DNA from: Octopus bimaculoides
Lineage: Eukaryota
NCBI RefSeq assembly: GCF_001194135.2
Contig: NC_068996.1
Span: 51,869,883-51,933,882 of the forward strand
Length of the DNA: 64,000 nt
Reading direction: 5' to 3'
Part shown: piece by piece, positions 12,720 to 24,915 of the stretch
How positions within the stretch are numbered: position 1 is the stretch's first letter
How the letters are laid out: each line of letters opens with the position of its first letter
Made by a program: the position numbers and the translations under genes
The notes under the pieces: generated by a model
Seen by the model: only the letters and a program-made list of their open reading frames with translations
What the model was told of the DNA's origin: nothing
Databases searched by the model: none

Positions 12720-13622
12720 ATATCATTATCATCATTTAACATCCGTTGTTCATAGTGACATGGGTTGGACTGCTTGACCAGGGCTGGCAAGCTGTAAGAC
12801 TGCACCAGACTCCAGTCTGCATTGGCATGGTTTCTACAACTGGATGCCCTTCTTAATGCCAACCACTCTGAGAGCGTAATGGGTGCTTTTACATGTCACT
12901 GGCACAGGTGCCATTTGCATGACACCAGTATCTGCCATGACCGTGATTCTACTTGACTTGATGGATCTTTTCAAGCAAGAAATAATGTCAAAAGTCTCAG
13001 TCATTTGTCATTGCCTCCACAAGGACCAACACTCGAAAGGAGTTTTTCGCACGCCACAAGTATTGGCCACTTTACCTCAGTGAGGCCCAATGCTCGAAAG
13101 GTGCTATTTGCGTGCCACTGGCATGGCTACCAGTTACATGACACCAGCATCAGCCACAACAACAATCTCACTTGGCTTGACAGGTCATCTCAAGCAAGGT
13201 CTTGGTCACTAGTCTTTGCTTCAGTGAGGCCCACAGTTCGAAGATCATGCTTCACCACCTCCTCCTCCCACGTCTTCCTGGGTTTACCTCTACCACGGGT
13301 TCCCTCCACAGTTAGAGATCGGCACTTCTTTACACAGCTGTTCTCATCCATATGCATCACATGACAAAACCAACACAGTCATCTCTCTTGTATACCACAT
13401 CTGATGCCTCTTATTCCTAACTTTCACACAAGATGCTTACACTCTGACAAACATACACACTGACATTGCACATCCAGCAAAACATACTAACTTCATTTCT
13501 TTCAGGCTGTTCTCAGCTGTCACAACCCGTGTTTCACTGCTGTTCACACACAGGCATACAATCTACCTTTCACCCTGAGAGAGATGCCCTTTGTTGTCAG
13601 CAGGAGTAGGAGCTCTTTGAAC
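12720..13622 (-). mobile_element. 5'-truncated RTE LINE: ORF2 end, modular 3'UTR and (GAT)n tail
   Basis: Homologous to 27250-28690; it lies tail-to-tail with 12470-12685. Confidence 0.85.
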
Positions 13623-13884
13623 TTACACACACACATATATATATATTGGATTACATTGGAAATTCCAGATGTATAAGCAAAACCTGGAATCAAAGAGCCT
13701 TAAACTTAACTTAGCAAACCCAAAAGTTCTTGTATGCTGAGAAAAACAGAACAAAACTTTTATCAGGAAAATGGCCCTGCTCAATACATAGAAATGTGTG
13801 GGTAGAAATCCTGTTTGGTGTATGCAGTATAAACTATAGAAACATAAGAGATACAGCGGCAATGCAATAATGTTTACTTTAAGT

Positions 13885-14130
13885 GTGGCAGATATACAGG
13901 AGCAATAAACACATGGAAAACAGATTTTCTCGAATGCCATGGAGGCTCCCTAGAGGTAGTAAATACCTTTTGTTACCTAGGCAACCTAATTAGTAATGGA
14001 GGAAATTGTTTCAAAAGTATAGATGATAGAATTAGAACAGGATGGAGAAAATTCAGAGAGCTATTATATCTGTTGGTAACAGAAGCCCTTTTTCTCAGAT
14101 TAAAAAGCAGATTGTGTGATGCTTGTGCCA
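13885..14130 (+). mobile_element. RTE RT fragment
   Basis: LEVVNTFCYLG...RIRTGWRKFRELL. Confidence 0.8.
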
Positions 14131-14670
14131 TCATCATCATCATCATCATCATCATCATTTAATGCTTGTTGTCCATGCTGGCATGGGTTGGACAGTTTGA
14201 CCAGGGCTGGTAAGCTGAGGGGCTGCATCAAATTCCAGTCTGATTTGGCATGGTTTTCTATAACTGGATGCCCTTCCTAATGTCAACCACTCCAAGAGTG
14301 TAATGGGTGCTTTTCCATGCCACCAGCATTGGTGCCAGTTGCATGACACCAACAATGGCCACAAACTATGATTTCACTTGACATCACTAAAGGTCTCAGT
14401 CACTAGTCATTGCCTCCATGAGGCCCAGCACTTCATCCCATGTCTTCCTGGGTCCCCCTCTTCCATAGCTTCCTTCCACTAGTAGAGATCAGCACTTCTT
14501 CACACAGCTGTTCACATCCATACATGTCAGATGACCATACCAATGCAATCATCTCTCTTGTACCACATCTGATGCCTCTTATGCCCAACTTTTCCCTCAA
14601 GACATTTACACTCTGTTGTGCATGCACACTGACATGCATTCAGCGAAGCATACTAGCTTCATTTCTTAGT
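14131..14670 (-). mobile_element. 5'-truncated RTE LINE with 3'UTR and (GAT)n tail
   Basis: EKLGIRGIRCG in ORF 14433-14639, followed by the shared tail. Confidence 0.85.
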
Positions 14671-14897
14671 GAAATGTTGGCCATGAATGCAGAATACCCA
14701 AACAAGTAAGAAATGAAATTAGCATACTCTGCTGAATGTACAATATACATGCATGGTAAATTTGGGGGAGGGGGACTAGCCAATTACATCGACCCCAGTG
14801 TTTCAATGGTACTTAATTTATCAACCTTGAAAGGATGAAAGGCAAATCATTGTACATGCAATGTAAAGTTTAAATGTTTTGAGAGAAAAAAACTAAA

Positions 14898-15135
14898 CAT
14901 AAGAGGCATCAGATGTCATGTGCAACAGAGAAGACTGTTCTGACATTGTTATTTAATATGTATGGATGGAGACAGCTGCATAAAGAAGTGTTGACCTCTA
15001 ATTGTGGATGGGACCTGTAGAAGATGAAGACAGGAAGACATAAGGTGACAGAGAAAATTAACGTCGAAATGTTGAATCTCATGGAAGAGATGACAAAGAA
15101 CCAAGATGACCAGTAATATGCTAAGCTCAAGAAAA
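14898..15135 (+). mobile_element. RTE ORF2 C-terminal fragment
   Basis: VQQRRL..MDGDSCIKKC..VDGTCRR motif shared with the other copies. Confidence 0.65.
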
Positions 15136-15169
15136 CTCATCTACCTCAGCAAAATGAGGCCCTAAATGC

Positions 15170-16262
15170 TTACGGTCATGTAGTCCTTAAAATTCATCTT
15201 CCCAATATCCATCTCTGCATCACTCTACTAACTACTGCACTATTTTTACTCATCTGCTGTAATTATATGAGAGCAGAGATGCACATATTTCATCCCCCCC
15301 TCCTCACTTTTGTGTTATCATTTTTTGCCTCTCCTTGGCTCAACCTCAATTGTCACTCACCCCCACATTTCTCCAATATCATCCCTTACCACTGTATTTT
15401 CCATGGAACACCCTCTCCTGTCCCCTTATATATATATTCACCCTACATTCTTCTGATCTTCACTACTGTCACTGAACAACCATTCCCCTCATGCACTTTA
15501 CATCATCTCCCTATTTTTCATTTATGCTGTTTTTTTGTTTTTTTTACAATACTACTCTCCATCCTCCCCTTTTTTTTTTACATTGCCACTCACCTCCTCT
15601 TCCCAGACTCATTCTCACTTCTTCATTAGCGCCCCCCCCCCCACCACTACTATCTGATATTCACCTCTGACCATGCCTCTTACCCTGTTTGCAACTCACA
15701 ACATTCACTTGTATCCACCCACCACTAACCTTCTCTCGCTCTCCTCACACTCTCACAAACCACCTTTGTTTTCCTCTAACCTAGTGTTACTCATATTCAT
15801 CATCTTGTACTTTGAAGGTGTTCCAACTCTTACCATCACCATCACCATCACTGTCTTTTTTCTCTCTCTTTCCACCTGGGATAGCCATGTATCTCTTCTG
15901 CTGCAAGACACCTGTCCTCATCTCTCTTTAATACTTTAACCTCTCAACACCTGGCATAAAGCCACCTTCGTCAATAATACACCTCCACCCACTTGAGAAG
16001 TTTTTCTTCTTGCAAATTACTTGGTGGCTTTGGTGGGGCTGGTGCCATGTAAAATTTACCCAGTACATGCTCTAAAGGGGTTGGCATTAGAAAGAGCATC
16101 CAGCCGCAGAAAACATGCCAAAGCAGACACTGGAGCTTGGTGCTGTTCTCTGACCTGCTGGATCCTGTGAAACTATACCAATCCAATGCTGCCATTGAAC
16201 AGTGGTGATGATGATGAACATGATGATGATGATGATGATGAAAATGATGATGACGACGATGA
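15170..16262 (+). mobile_element. Longest copy (~1.1 kb) of the pyrimidine-rich body plus RTE-type tail family
   Basis: C/T-rich body with no recognisable ORF, GATAGCCATGTATCTCTTC..GCAAGACACCTG motif, shared tail and (GAT)n. Confidence 0.7.
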
Positions 16263-16289
16263 CAACAATGATTTATTTTTATTTATGCA

Positions 16290-16333
<44 letters not shown>

Positions 16334-16869
16334 AACACACACATGCACACACACACATGCACACACACACACATGCACACACACATGCACACACACACAC
16401 ATGCACACACACACACACATGCACTTCTTTTAACATCAACCTATAGTGTGCATTATATATGAGAGATATCTTTTCCAAGATTTCCTCAGCTGGAAATAGC
16501 ATTGCATTTTACACATGAGTGCATATTATACATGAATAAGTATGTTATGTTCAATCAGGTATACTTACATGTTTGTTTGCACTAATTGTTGTCATAAGAG
16601 GACATAGAGATATTGAGTACATATAAATGTCTACAACAACGAAAGACCTCATGCTCATTTATTTATAACATGCCATTAATACTATTCAATATTTACACAT
16701 TCAATACTATGAGTACAATGCTGCATTTAACTAAATAGTCAACTCATTACTGTGTTCATTATTGTATACATAACCAGGTTCATTAGCAGCTTATATTTTT
16801 TATAATTTTATAGCTTTATTGTTTACATTTTTATTGTTATGAGAACAGACAAGATGACGTTTAAATTGG

Positions 16870-17400
16870 GACTGGCTGTATCACTGATCGACCAGGCGTC
16901 TTTCATTTTCACTTCATTTGTAATTTTTGACAAATTCACCTGTTGGAAGAGTTCATTATCAGTCCTAGTCTTCCATTACATTTAGCTGAAATATCTTGGA
17001 ACCACAAGTAACAGACCTTATTTTATTGCGATGTTATGACAATGAAATACCTCCACTGCCATTGCTTCAGATGCATGGGAAGCACTGAATAAACAGGAGC
17101 AGTTGTAAGTTTTCCAGTCCCCCGAGATGGCTACATATCCTGCTGAGATGCAGTGTATCTGTATACTTGTTCATTTATCTATTTTCTTACCTTGTTGCTG
17201 GTTTTTATCTTTCATGTATTTGATTAGTTTACACACAACCTATATCTGTTTAATTCTGTGTTCCTTATACAATCATAAATTAATAATTTTTACCTGTCAA
17301 TGACCCTTTAGTTTATTCTAGACAACTCTGTTGATTTATTCTCAGTACAACCTTCCAAGATTACCTGAAACAGACAATGTGTTTTTACTATCTTTCGGTA
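16870..17400 (-). mobile_element. Old RTE-type LINE fragment
   Basis: Across frameshifts: SVL-YASEAW and WKTRTDNELFQQVNLSKITNEVK. Confidence 0.55.
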
Positions 17401-17799
17401 CTTCTCAATATATAAATTCACCCTAGGACCATCATCATCACCGTCACCGCCACCACCACTGCCACCACCACCACCACCACCACNNNNNNNNNNNNNNNNN
17501 NNNNNNNNNNNNNNNNNNNNNNNNNNNNNNNNNNNNNNNNNNNNNNNNNNNNNNNNNNNNNNNNNNNNNNNNNNNNNNNNNNNNNNNNNNNNNNNNNNNN
17601 NNNNNNNNNNNNNNNNNNNNNNNNNNNNNNNNNNNNNNNNNNNNNNNNNNNNNNNNNNNNNNNNNNNNNNNNNNNNNNNNNNNNNNNNNNNNNNNNNNNN
17701 NNNNNNNNNNNNNNNNNNNNNNNNNNNNNNNNNNNNNNNNNNNNNNNNNNNNNNNNNNNNNNNNNNNNNNNNNNNNNNNNNNNNNNNNNNNNNNNNNNN

Positions 17800-17819
<20 letters not shown>

Positions 17820-17838
<19 letters not shown>

Positions 17839-18075
17839 GTGAGTGTGTCTTTGTGTCTGCGTTTATCCCTCCAGCACTACCATCACCTGATAACCGTTGT
17901 TGGTGTGTTTATGTCCCCATAACTTAGTGGTTTGACAAAAGAGACCAATAAAATAGGTACTAGACTTTAGAAAGAATAAGTCATGGGGTTAATTTCTTCA
18001 ACTAAAAAACCTTTTAAAGTAAAGCTCCAGCATGGCCGCAGCCAAATGACTGAAACAAGTAAAAGAATAAAAGAA
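17820..18075 (+). mobile_element. 3' half of the CORE-like tRNA SINE
   Basis: Matches 60100-60322, ending CAGCATGGCCGCAG..AAATGACTGAAACAAGTAAAAGAATAAAAGA. Confidence 0.8.
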
Positions 18076-18345
18076 TATATATGTATATATATATTAGTTA
18101 ATAATTAAGGATGCTACAGATAGCCCCAGCATGGTAAATCCCCTGATTTCAATTAATGTACATCAATGAAAATTTGTGGTTGTAGTTGTCTTCTGACAGC
18201 TATTTTTAGCATACTGGTGCTATTTATAGCACTCTTAATTATTAATTAAAAATTTTTTACTTTATTGTATTTTCTTACGCAGGCTATGCCACTTGATATT
18301 ATTGTAAAGATAATATTCTTATATATATTTTTATGTATGTATACA

Positions 18346-18382
<37 letters not shown>

Positions 18383-18529
18383 CACATGCATATCTGAATG
18401 CAAGTGAATGAAAGAAAGTAGCACCTGACTCATTTGGTTGGAGTTTCATATATATTTTATAACACATAACTGCAGCTGAATCAAACTGCAGCAGCTGCTG
18501 GGCAAATAGCTTGGAATGTGTTCATCATT

Positions 18530-18544
18530 CCACCAGAGGGCGCT
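18530..18544 (+). promoter_or_regulatory. Perfect CTCF-type consensus motif
   Basis: CCACCAGAGGGCGCT fits CCASYAGRKGGCRS. This is a sequence match only; there is no binding data. Confidence 0.35.
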
Positions 18545-18611
18545 GTGAAAACAACATGAGGATGTGGTACATGCAAAGTATTAATAAGATGCTCAGTGAA
18601 GGAAAGAAAGG

Positions 18612-18650
18612 GTGTTTTACATTCCGAGCAAAGCTGTTCTTCAGAAACAC
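18612..18650 (-). ncRNA. Degenerate minimal type I hammerhead ribozyme in a Penelope-type repeat
   Basis: Minus strand reads GTGTTT-CTGAAGA-A-CAGC(ttt)GCTC-GGAA-TGTA-AAACAC. It has a perfect 6-bp stem I and an intact CUGAAGA; GAAA has become GGAA and CGU has become UGU. Confidence 0.65.
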
Positions 18651-20554
18651 GAGACAGAGGAAAGTCCATTTACTATGTGTGTGTGTGTGTAGCAATATCG
18701 AGAATAACCAGCCGAAATTGCAAGGATAATCTGGATCTCGACTGAAGAAAGAAAACTCCGAATGACCTGTCCGTGTTTTCTTTGTATCGTCTATCTGGAT
18801 GTTTTGCGTTCTTGTCCCATTCTGTATTATTTATATATATATACACATACATATTTATATGAAGTAAACAAAATGGAAAAATACTGATCAACAACAATTG
18901 ACTTACATCAATTAATATTTATTAATTCAATACAAATAGATTGTGTCCCATCTAACAGCTGTTTCTGCTTCTAATGTTATATGCTATTGCCATTGATATG
19001 CTAAAATATAATATTCATCATATTTGGTAATAAAACCGATCTGGAACATGGTGCTTCATCAGAGTGAAGAAAAAATACATACATAGAAGAAGTAATCTAT
19101 GAGCATAATATGCTTGCATATGTATGTCCAGGGTTAGGGTTAGTTATACCAGCAGTATAATGAATGCGTTTATCCCTTAGTTGGTTATTCCAACCTCTAA
19201 CTCTACTAACTTTTAATATACCTCAAATACATACATATATGTGTGTGTGTGTGTGTGTGTGCATGTGTGTGTGTACGTGTGTGTGTTCGCGCGTGTGTGG
19301 GTGAAACAAAAAACATTTGATTAGAGAACAAACATCAAATTTGGGTAAATTACTTTATATAATACCACACTTTCATACATTTCATCCTACATAATCATTA
19401 CCATGGCTTTCAACATATAAAAGGAACACTTATATTAAAGCACAGAAGGTAAAAAATATATATGTTCATAAAAAAACAAAATATATAGAAAGGCCACTCA
19501 AGAAAAGGTATAACGAAATCAACTAAAATAAGTAATCAAAATGAATTACTAAAGTATGTCAAGTGACTAAAACACTAAAAAAAGTATAAACCGACTAAAA
19601 ATTTTTTACTCCCCTCAATCAAAAATATAGCAAAATAATTTGTTTCTCAAAAAACCATGGTAGGTTGAAGTCCAAGGAGCATAAGAGACTTGTTGGAATG
19701 TCAGAACCATTCTTGCAATCGGATATGTCAATCCCACATCAGCCTTATCAGCCATGAATTAGCATGCAGATGATGTGGACAACAACCTTCCTAATCTTCA
19801 TCAGCAAAACCAAGCCAAGATACATATGGTAAATGACAGACAAAAGTTGGAAGATACAAGAATTTCTATTAATCACTACAATTGTTTCCGTACATCTAGC
19901 ATTGATCCCTCATGGGTGGGACACTTAACCACTGGTTCAGGAGCATCCAACAGTGAAGATGTGTCTCTTTGGTTGATGGAATAGAGATAACTCATTAACA
20001 TAACAGTTCCGCAATGTATCGTCTCATTTCATGTAAAGAAAAGTAACAAATTAAAGGATTTACCTTCATTTATATAGAAGATCAATAACAAAATAGATGC
20101 AAAAAAGAATGAACACACAATACAGTGAGAAAAGTCTTTAAAATAACCATTAATGGAATATGGATGTATAAACTCATTTGTGCAAGCTGCATGGTGCACG
20201 TACACTTGCTCATACAAACATCCATGAAGATGTGAGTATATGCACACATCTGGTTTGGTGCACACACATTCACATAGCGAGTAAAACAGCTTACTTGGTG
20301 TTTATAAGAATGGGGAGATTAAGGCTAAATTTAATTCATCTGTACCTTTAAGTAAATTATGTTAACAGTTACTCAAATTCATTCCCACTGCATTGTGTGA
20401 AAGTACACTTATAGGCATGTAGGCATCTCGAGAGTCTTTCAGGAAGTCCATTAATGATCTTCTCATTGGTCCACAGAATAGACAGGGATTCTTCGGAGCA
20501 GAGTCAGAACCTCCTTGGAAGTATATTATATGGTTTTGCATGCCTTACTATGGA

Positions 20555-20712
20555 CTAAGTTATGTTATACTTAATTTTATCTTCCTTCAGTTGCCACACA
20601 AAATTGGCCAAAAATATTGAATGTCTCTTATTGATTGTCTTAAAGCAGGTGACATGGTTGTGATAACGATTCATAAATGAATCAGCTGTTTGTCCAATGT
20701 AAATATACAGCC
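20555..20712 (-). mobile_element. Penelope-like element, GIY-YIG endonuclease fragment
   Basis: [20 protein letters not shown]...KRHSIFLANFVWQLKEDKIKYNIT. Confidence 0.85.
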
Positions 20713-20823
20713 CTCTCTTTGTGTGCATGGTGCATTTATATACATACATATACATACACACACTCATACATATATGTATATACACACACACACACATATA
20801 TACATACGTACATATACATACAT

Positions 20824-20868
<45 letters not shown>

Positions 20869-21093
20869 AATAATAAAAGGAAAATGGGGAGTTTAAACTG
20901 ACATATGTTAATTTATTAACATATATTATTATTGCAATATAAATATTAATAATCCCTACAATTGTTTTGATTCAAATCCAAAACCAATAACAACTTTTTA
21001 AAAATCAGATCAGGGTAAAACAGGACAAAAATTATATATTAGAAGTTTGAGATCCTTAAACAGACTGAATTAATCAATATATGCTTATGTTTG

Positions 21094-23385
21094 CGTTATA
21101 GTGAAAATGGTACACTCCTTCTCAGATGACAAAATGGTATGATCAGCCTTTATATAGTCAGACTGCCAGTCGTAAAAGAAATCAGTAGTAGTAGAGTCAT
21201 TGTATGAGTTCTCAACATAATAGTGGTGACAAGAATATTACAGTGCTGACAATAACATACAAGTGGATGACAATCCACATTATAACAGTGGCGACAAGGA
21301 TATAAACAATTTATGCTGACGACGTTGGGAAAAAAATTTTTTTCTTTCTTGAGAAAATAAACTATTCACGCAGATAATGTTGAAAGATTTTTCATGTGGA
21401 GAAATTAAAAACTTGACAGAGGAGTAACAAACATTTTTTACAGTACATATTTTACGAAAAATCTGTAAAATTATGGGAAACTTGTTAGAGGGTCTAGTTG
21501 AGTTGCAAAAATAGCAACAACAACAACAACAACAACTCAAAGAACAACAAGAACTACAACAAATGTTACGACTAGTGAAGTTGGTAACAAAACTGGAGAA
21601 TACATTTTTGCCAGACCATGTAGCAAAATCAATAAATGAATTTAAATATAACCCAGAAGAAGGAGTCACCTTCGAGGCATGTTACCAAAGATTTGAATAG
21701 ATTTTCAAAAAGGAATGCCAAGACTGGATGGGCGAAATGAAAACATCTAATTCTGAGGAAACTGGTGATGACAGAGCATGAAAAATATTGTAACTTTATA
21801 TTGCCGAAAAAAATTTCTGACATAAATTTCACAGACACAATTGACATTTTATGTAGGATGTTCAGTGAAAAAACATTGTTGTTCAGCACACGTTGGAAGT
21901 GTTTGAACACTGAGAAAAGTGATGTCAAAGACTTTACCACATGTGCAGGTAGAGTGAACAGAGAGTGCAAGAGATTTAAACTGGATAAATTAACTCCGGG
22001 CTTGTTCAAGTGCCTGATTTTTCCCTCATGGTCTTACTGCTAAAAAGGATGCAAAAGTCAGAACAAAAATTCTTGCAAAACTGGAAATGAACCAAGATAT
22101 AACAATCCAGACACTGTCAGAAGAGTGCAATATGATATTAAAAGTAAGGCACGACACAGAAGAAATCCAGTGCAGAGATTGTTTACAGATAAAACCAGTG
22201 TAGAAGAGTCAGAAGACGGAAAAAATGTTTCACAAAAATCACAATATACAACAGGAGATAAACCCATGTATGGCATATGGTGGTAGGCACCTGAGAAAAG
22301 AGTGTCTGTCAAAAAAGCAAAGTGTTTTTGTTGTGGGAACACAGGACACATTAAATCGCACTGCAGAACTAAGATGACAAAACATTGGAGAAAAAATTCA
22401 TCAAGGTGAGAATTGAAACCACTAATGTCAATATGCAATTAAACATGGGGAGTGACATCACTATTAGAAATGAAGAACATGGCAACAAATTGGTAAGCTG
22501 AAATTATTTAAATCAAATAAAGTAGCATATGGTGTTACAGGAAACAAATTATATTTCATTAGTAAATGTATTTGCAATATAACTTTACAAGGTGAAACAA
22601 AATGGACAATCATTTATGTGTTGAAAAAATCATTAAACCTATTTGGTGCAGAATGCATGACCCCCATTAGTGTTCTCTGTGAAAATGTAGTCGGTACGGT
22701 TAAAAGTTCAAAAGAAGTCGAACAACTGAGACAAAAAATTAAAAAATTGTTTTCAAATGTCTTTTTTTTTTTTTTTTGGAAGGATTAGGATGTTGCACTG
22801 AAACAAAAGCAAGGATCATGGTAAAAGAAAAGGCAATACCTGTTTTTAGGCCATTTGAGCTGTTGAATCAGATCAATAAAGAGCTAGAAAGACTAGAAAG
22901 TCTAGCTATAACTGGGCAGCTCTGACGGTTTATGTAAAAAGAAAAAATATTAAGTTGGAAAAAATGCTAAAATGGGAGGAGGGGTGAATAAAGTAAAATA
23001 AATGTGCTTGCTTCCCAAAGAAAAAAAAAAAGGAAAAAATACTAAAAGGGGTGGTGTTGTAGTGAAAGTGGTACACTCCTTCCCATGTGACAAAGTGGTA
23101 TGAACCAACCACTATAAAGTCAGATTGCCAGTCATTGTAGGAGGTCAGTAGTAGTAGAGTTGTTGTATGAGTTCTCAGTTGGAGTCAGTTGTATGTTATA
23201 TACGAGTTCGAGTTACCATTAAGGTAGACATTTCAAAGTCGTTGTCTTGTGGAACTATCAGCAATAGCACAATAGACAAATCAAAGATAAGAAGACACAG
23301 AATACTGCCACAACATAATAGAGGTGACAAGAATATTACAGTGCCAACAACAGCATACAAGTGGATGAGGATTCACATTGTAATA
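21094..23385 (+). mobile_element. Ty3/gypsy (Mag-like) LTR retrotransposon, internally deleted
   Basis: 5' LTR 21094-21287 and 3' LTR 23055-23385. 5-bp TSD GTTTG at 21089-93 and 23386-90. PBS GTGGCGACAAGG at 21288; PPT AAAAGGGGTGG before 23055. Gag remnant TEHEKYCNFILPKK..LFSTRWKCL..RECKRFKL, CCHC knuckle CFCCGNTGHIKSHC, protease remnant (N)MGSDITI and RT start AIPVFRP. Most of RT, RNase H and integrase are missing. Confidence 0.92.
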
Positions 23386-23444
23386 GTTTGTAAGTATGAG
23401 TGTCAATAACTTATTTAAAGAAATATAAGAAATATAAATATAAA

Positions 23445-23905
23445 CTATCGTGGTGTTTGGAGTGATCACTAGTTATGGTGACATTATGCCTCCATTCATT
23501 TTCCCATACAGCCACAGACTCAACACGGTGACCTACATCAAGTGCCTGGAGGAGGTAGTGCTGCCCTAGCTCAAGAGGTTGATTGCTAGAAGACCCTATG
23601 TCTGGCAACAGGACTCTACACCATGTCAAAGAAGCAGGAGAACCCAGTCATGGCTGTCAGACAATTTCTGCAACCACATCACCCCTAACATCTGGCCACC
23701 TAACTCCCAAGACTGCAACCCCCTTGATTATTACATGTGGGGCACAGTTGAGTGAGAGACCAACAAAGCTCCTTGTAATACCAAAGATGAACTGAAGACA
23801 AGGATTATGGCAGCATTCACCAAACTGTCCAGAAGGGTTGCAGGAAATTCCAAAGTAAGTTGTCTGGAGGCTGTGGTTGAAGCCAATGGCAATTTTATTG
23901 AATAA
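23445..23905 (+). mobile_element. maT-type (DD37D) Tc1/mariner transposase C-terminal fragment
   Basis: YVWQQDSTPC...IWPPNSQDCNPLDYYMWG has 37 residues between the second and third catalytic Asp. In-frame stops are present. Confidence 0.88.
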
Positions 23906-23996
23906 GTTTACTGTTTAGTATTTCAAGATATTTTAATGTAATTTTGGTAAATATATCTGTTAAAATGAGATGTCAGTATTGTTTTCATTTTGTATA

Positions 23997-24036
<40 letters not shown>

Positions 24037-24149
24037 TCATCATCATCATCATTATCATTTAACATCCGTTTTCCATGCTGGCATGGGTTGGACAGTTTGA
24101 CTGAAGTCTGGAGAGCCAGTGGCTGCTCCAGGTTCCAATCTGATCTACA

Positions 24150-24530
24150 TAATGGGGTTTCCATGGATGAAAATTTAATTCTTTGTGCAACATCGCTCGT
24201 ATTGTGTCTTGTTACTCCACTTTCACAATCTGCTTGACATATTTATTTCTGCGGGTTGCAATTAAACATTTCCTGCACTGTTGCCACATTCTCTGCTGAT
24301 CGGGATGTGGTTGGATGGTCACTTCTTCTTGCATTGTTCACAGAGCCCATGATCATCAGCTTTGCATGACAACATTTAATTGTCTTTGGATGTAGTGTTG
24401 CATGCTTACCTTTCCATGCATGCCACCATCTCTGGACAAAAACAATGGAATTCTACACTTCATAACATGCTGCTATCTTAGCTCACTCCTGAACAGTCAA
24501 GTGACCGGTCAACTGGAAAATAAGAAATAA
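24150..24530 (-). mobile_element. Tc1/mariner N-terminal (HTH) fragment
   Basis: Minus strand RRSDHPTTSRSAENVATVQEMF resembles the RSGRP.T....N...V linker. Confidence 0.55.
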
Positions 24531-24679
24531 GAAATAAGACAATAAGAAAACAAAAAATTCCCATTAGTGTTGTCTGTTTAAAAAATGTTTTCGTCATGGC
24601 TTCAGTGATACTAAAAATTCTATAAGAAATTTCTAATGCCTAGTTACTTTCCACCCACCCTGAATAGATAAATAGGTAA

Positions 24680-24915
<236 letters not shown>

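Noticed and set aside
17191-17239. Apparent minus-strand exon VVCKLIKYMKDKNQQQ with a GTAAG donor
   Set aside because: It lies inside a decayed RTE fragment.
19131-19143. GGGTTAGGGTTAG telomere-like repeat
   Set aside because: Only two units; not an interstitial telomeric array.
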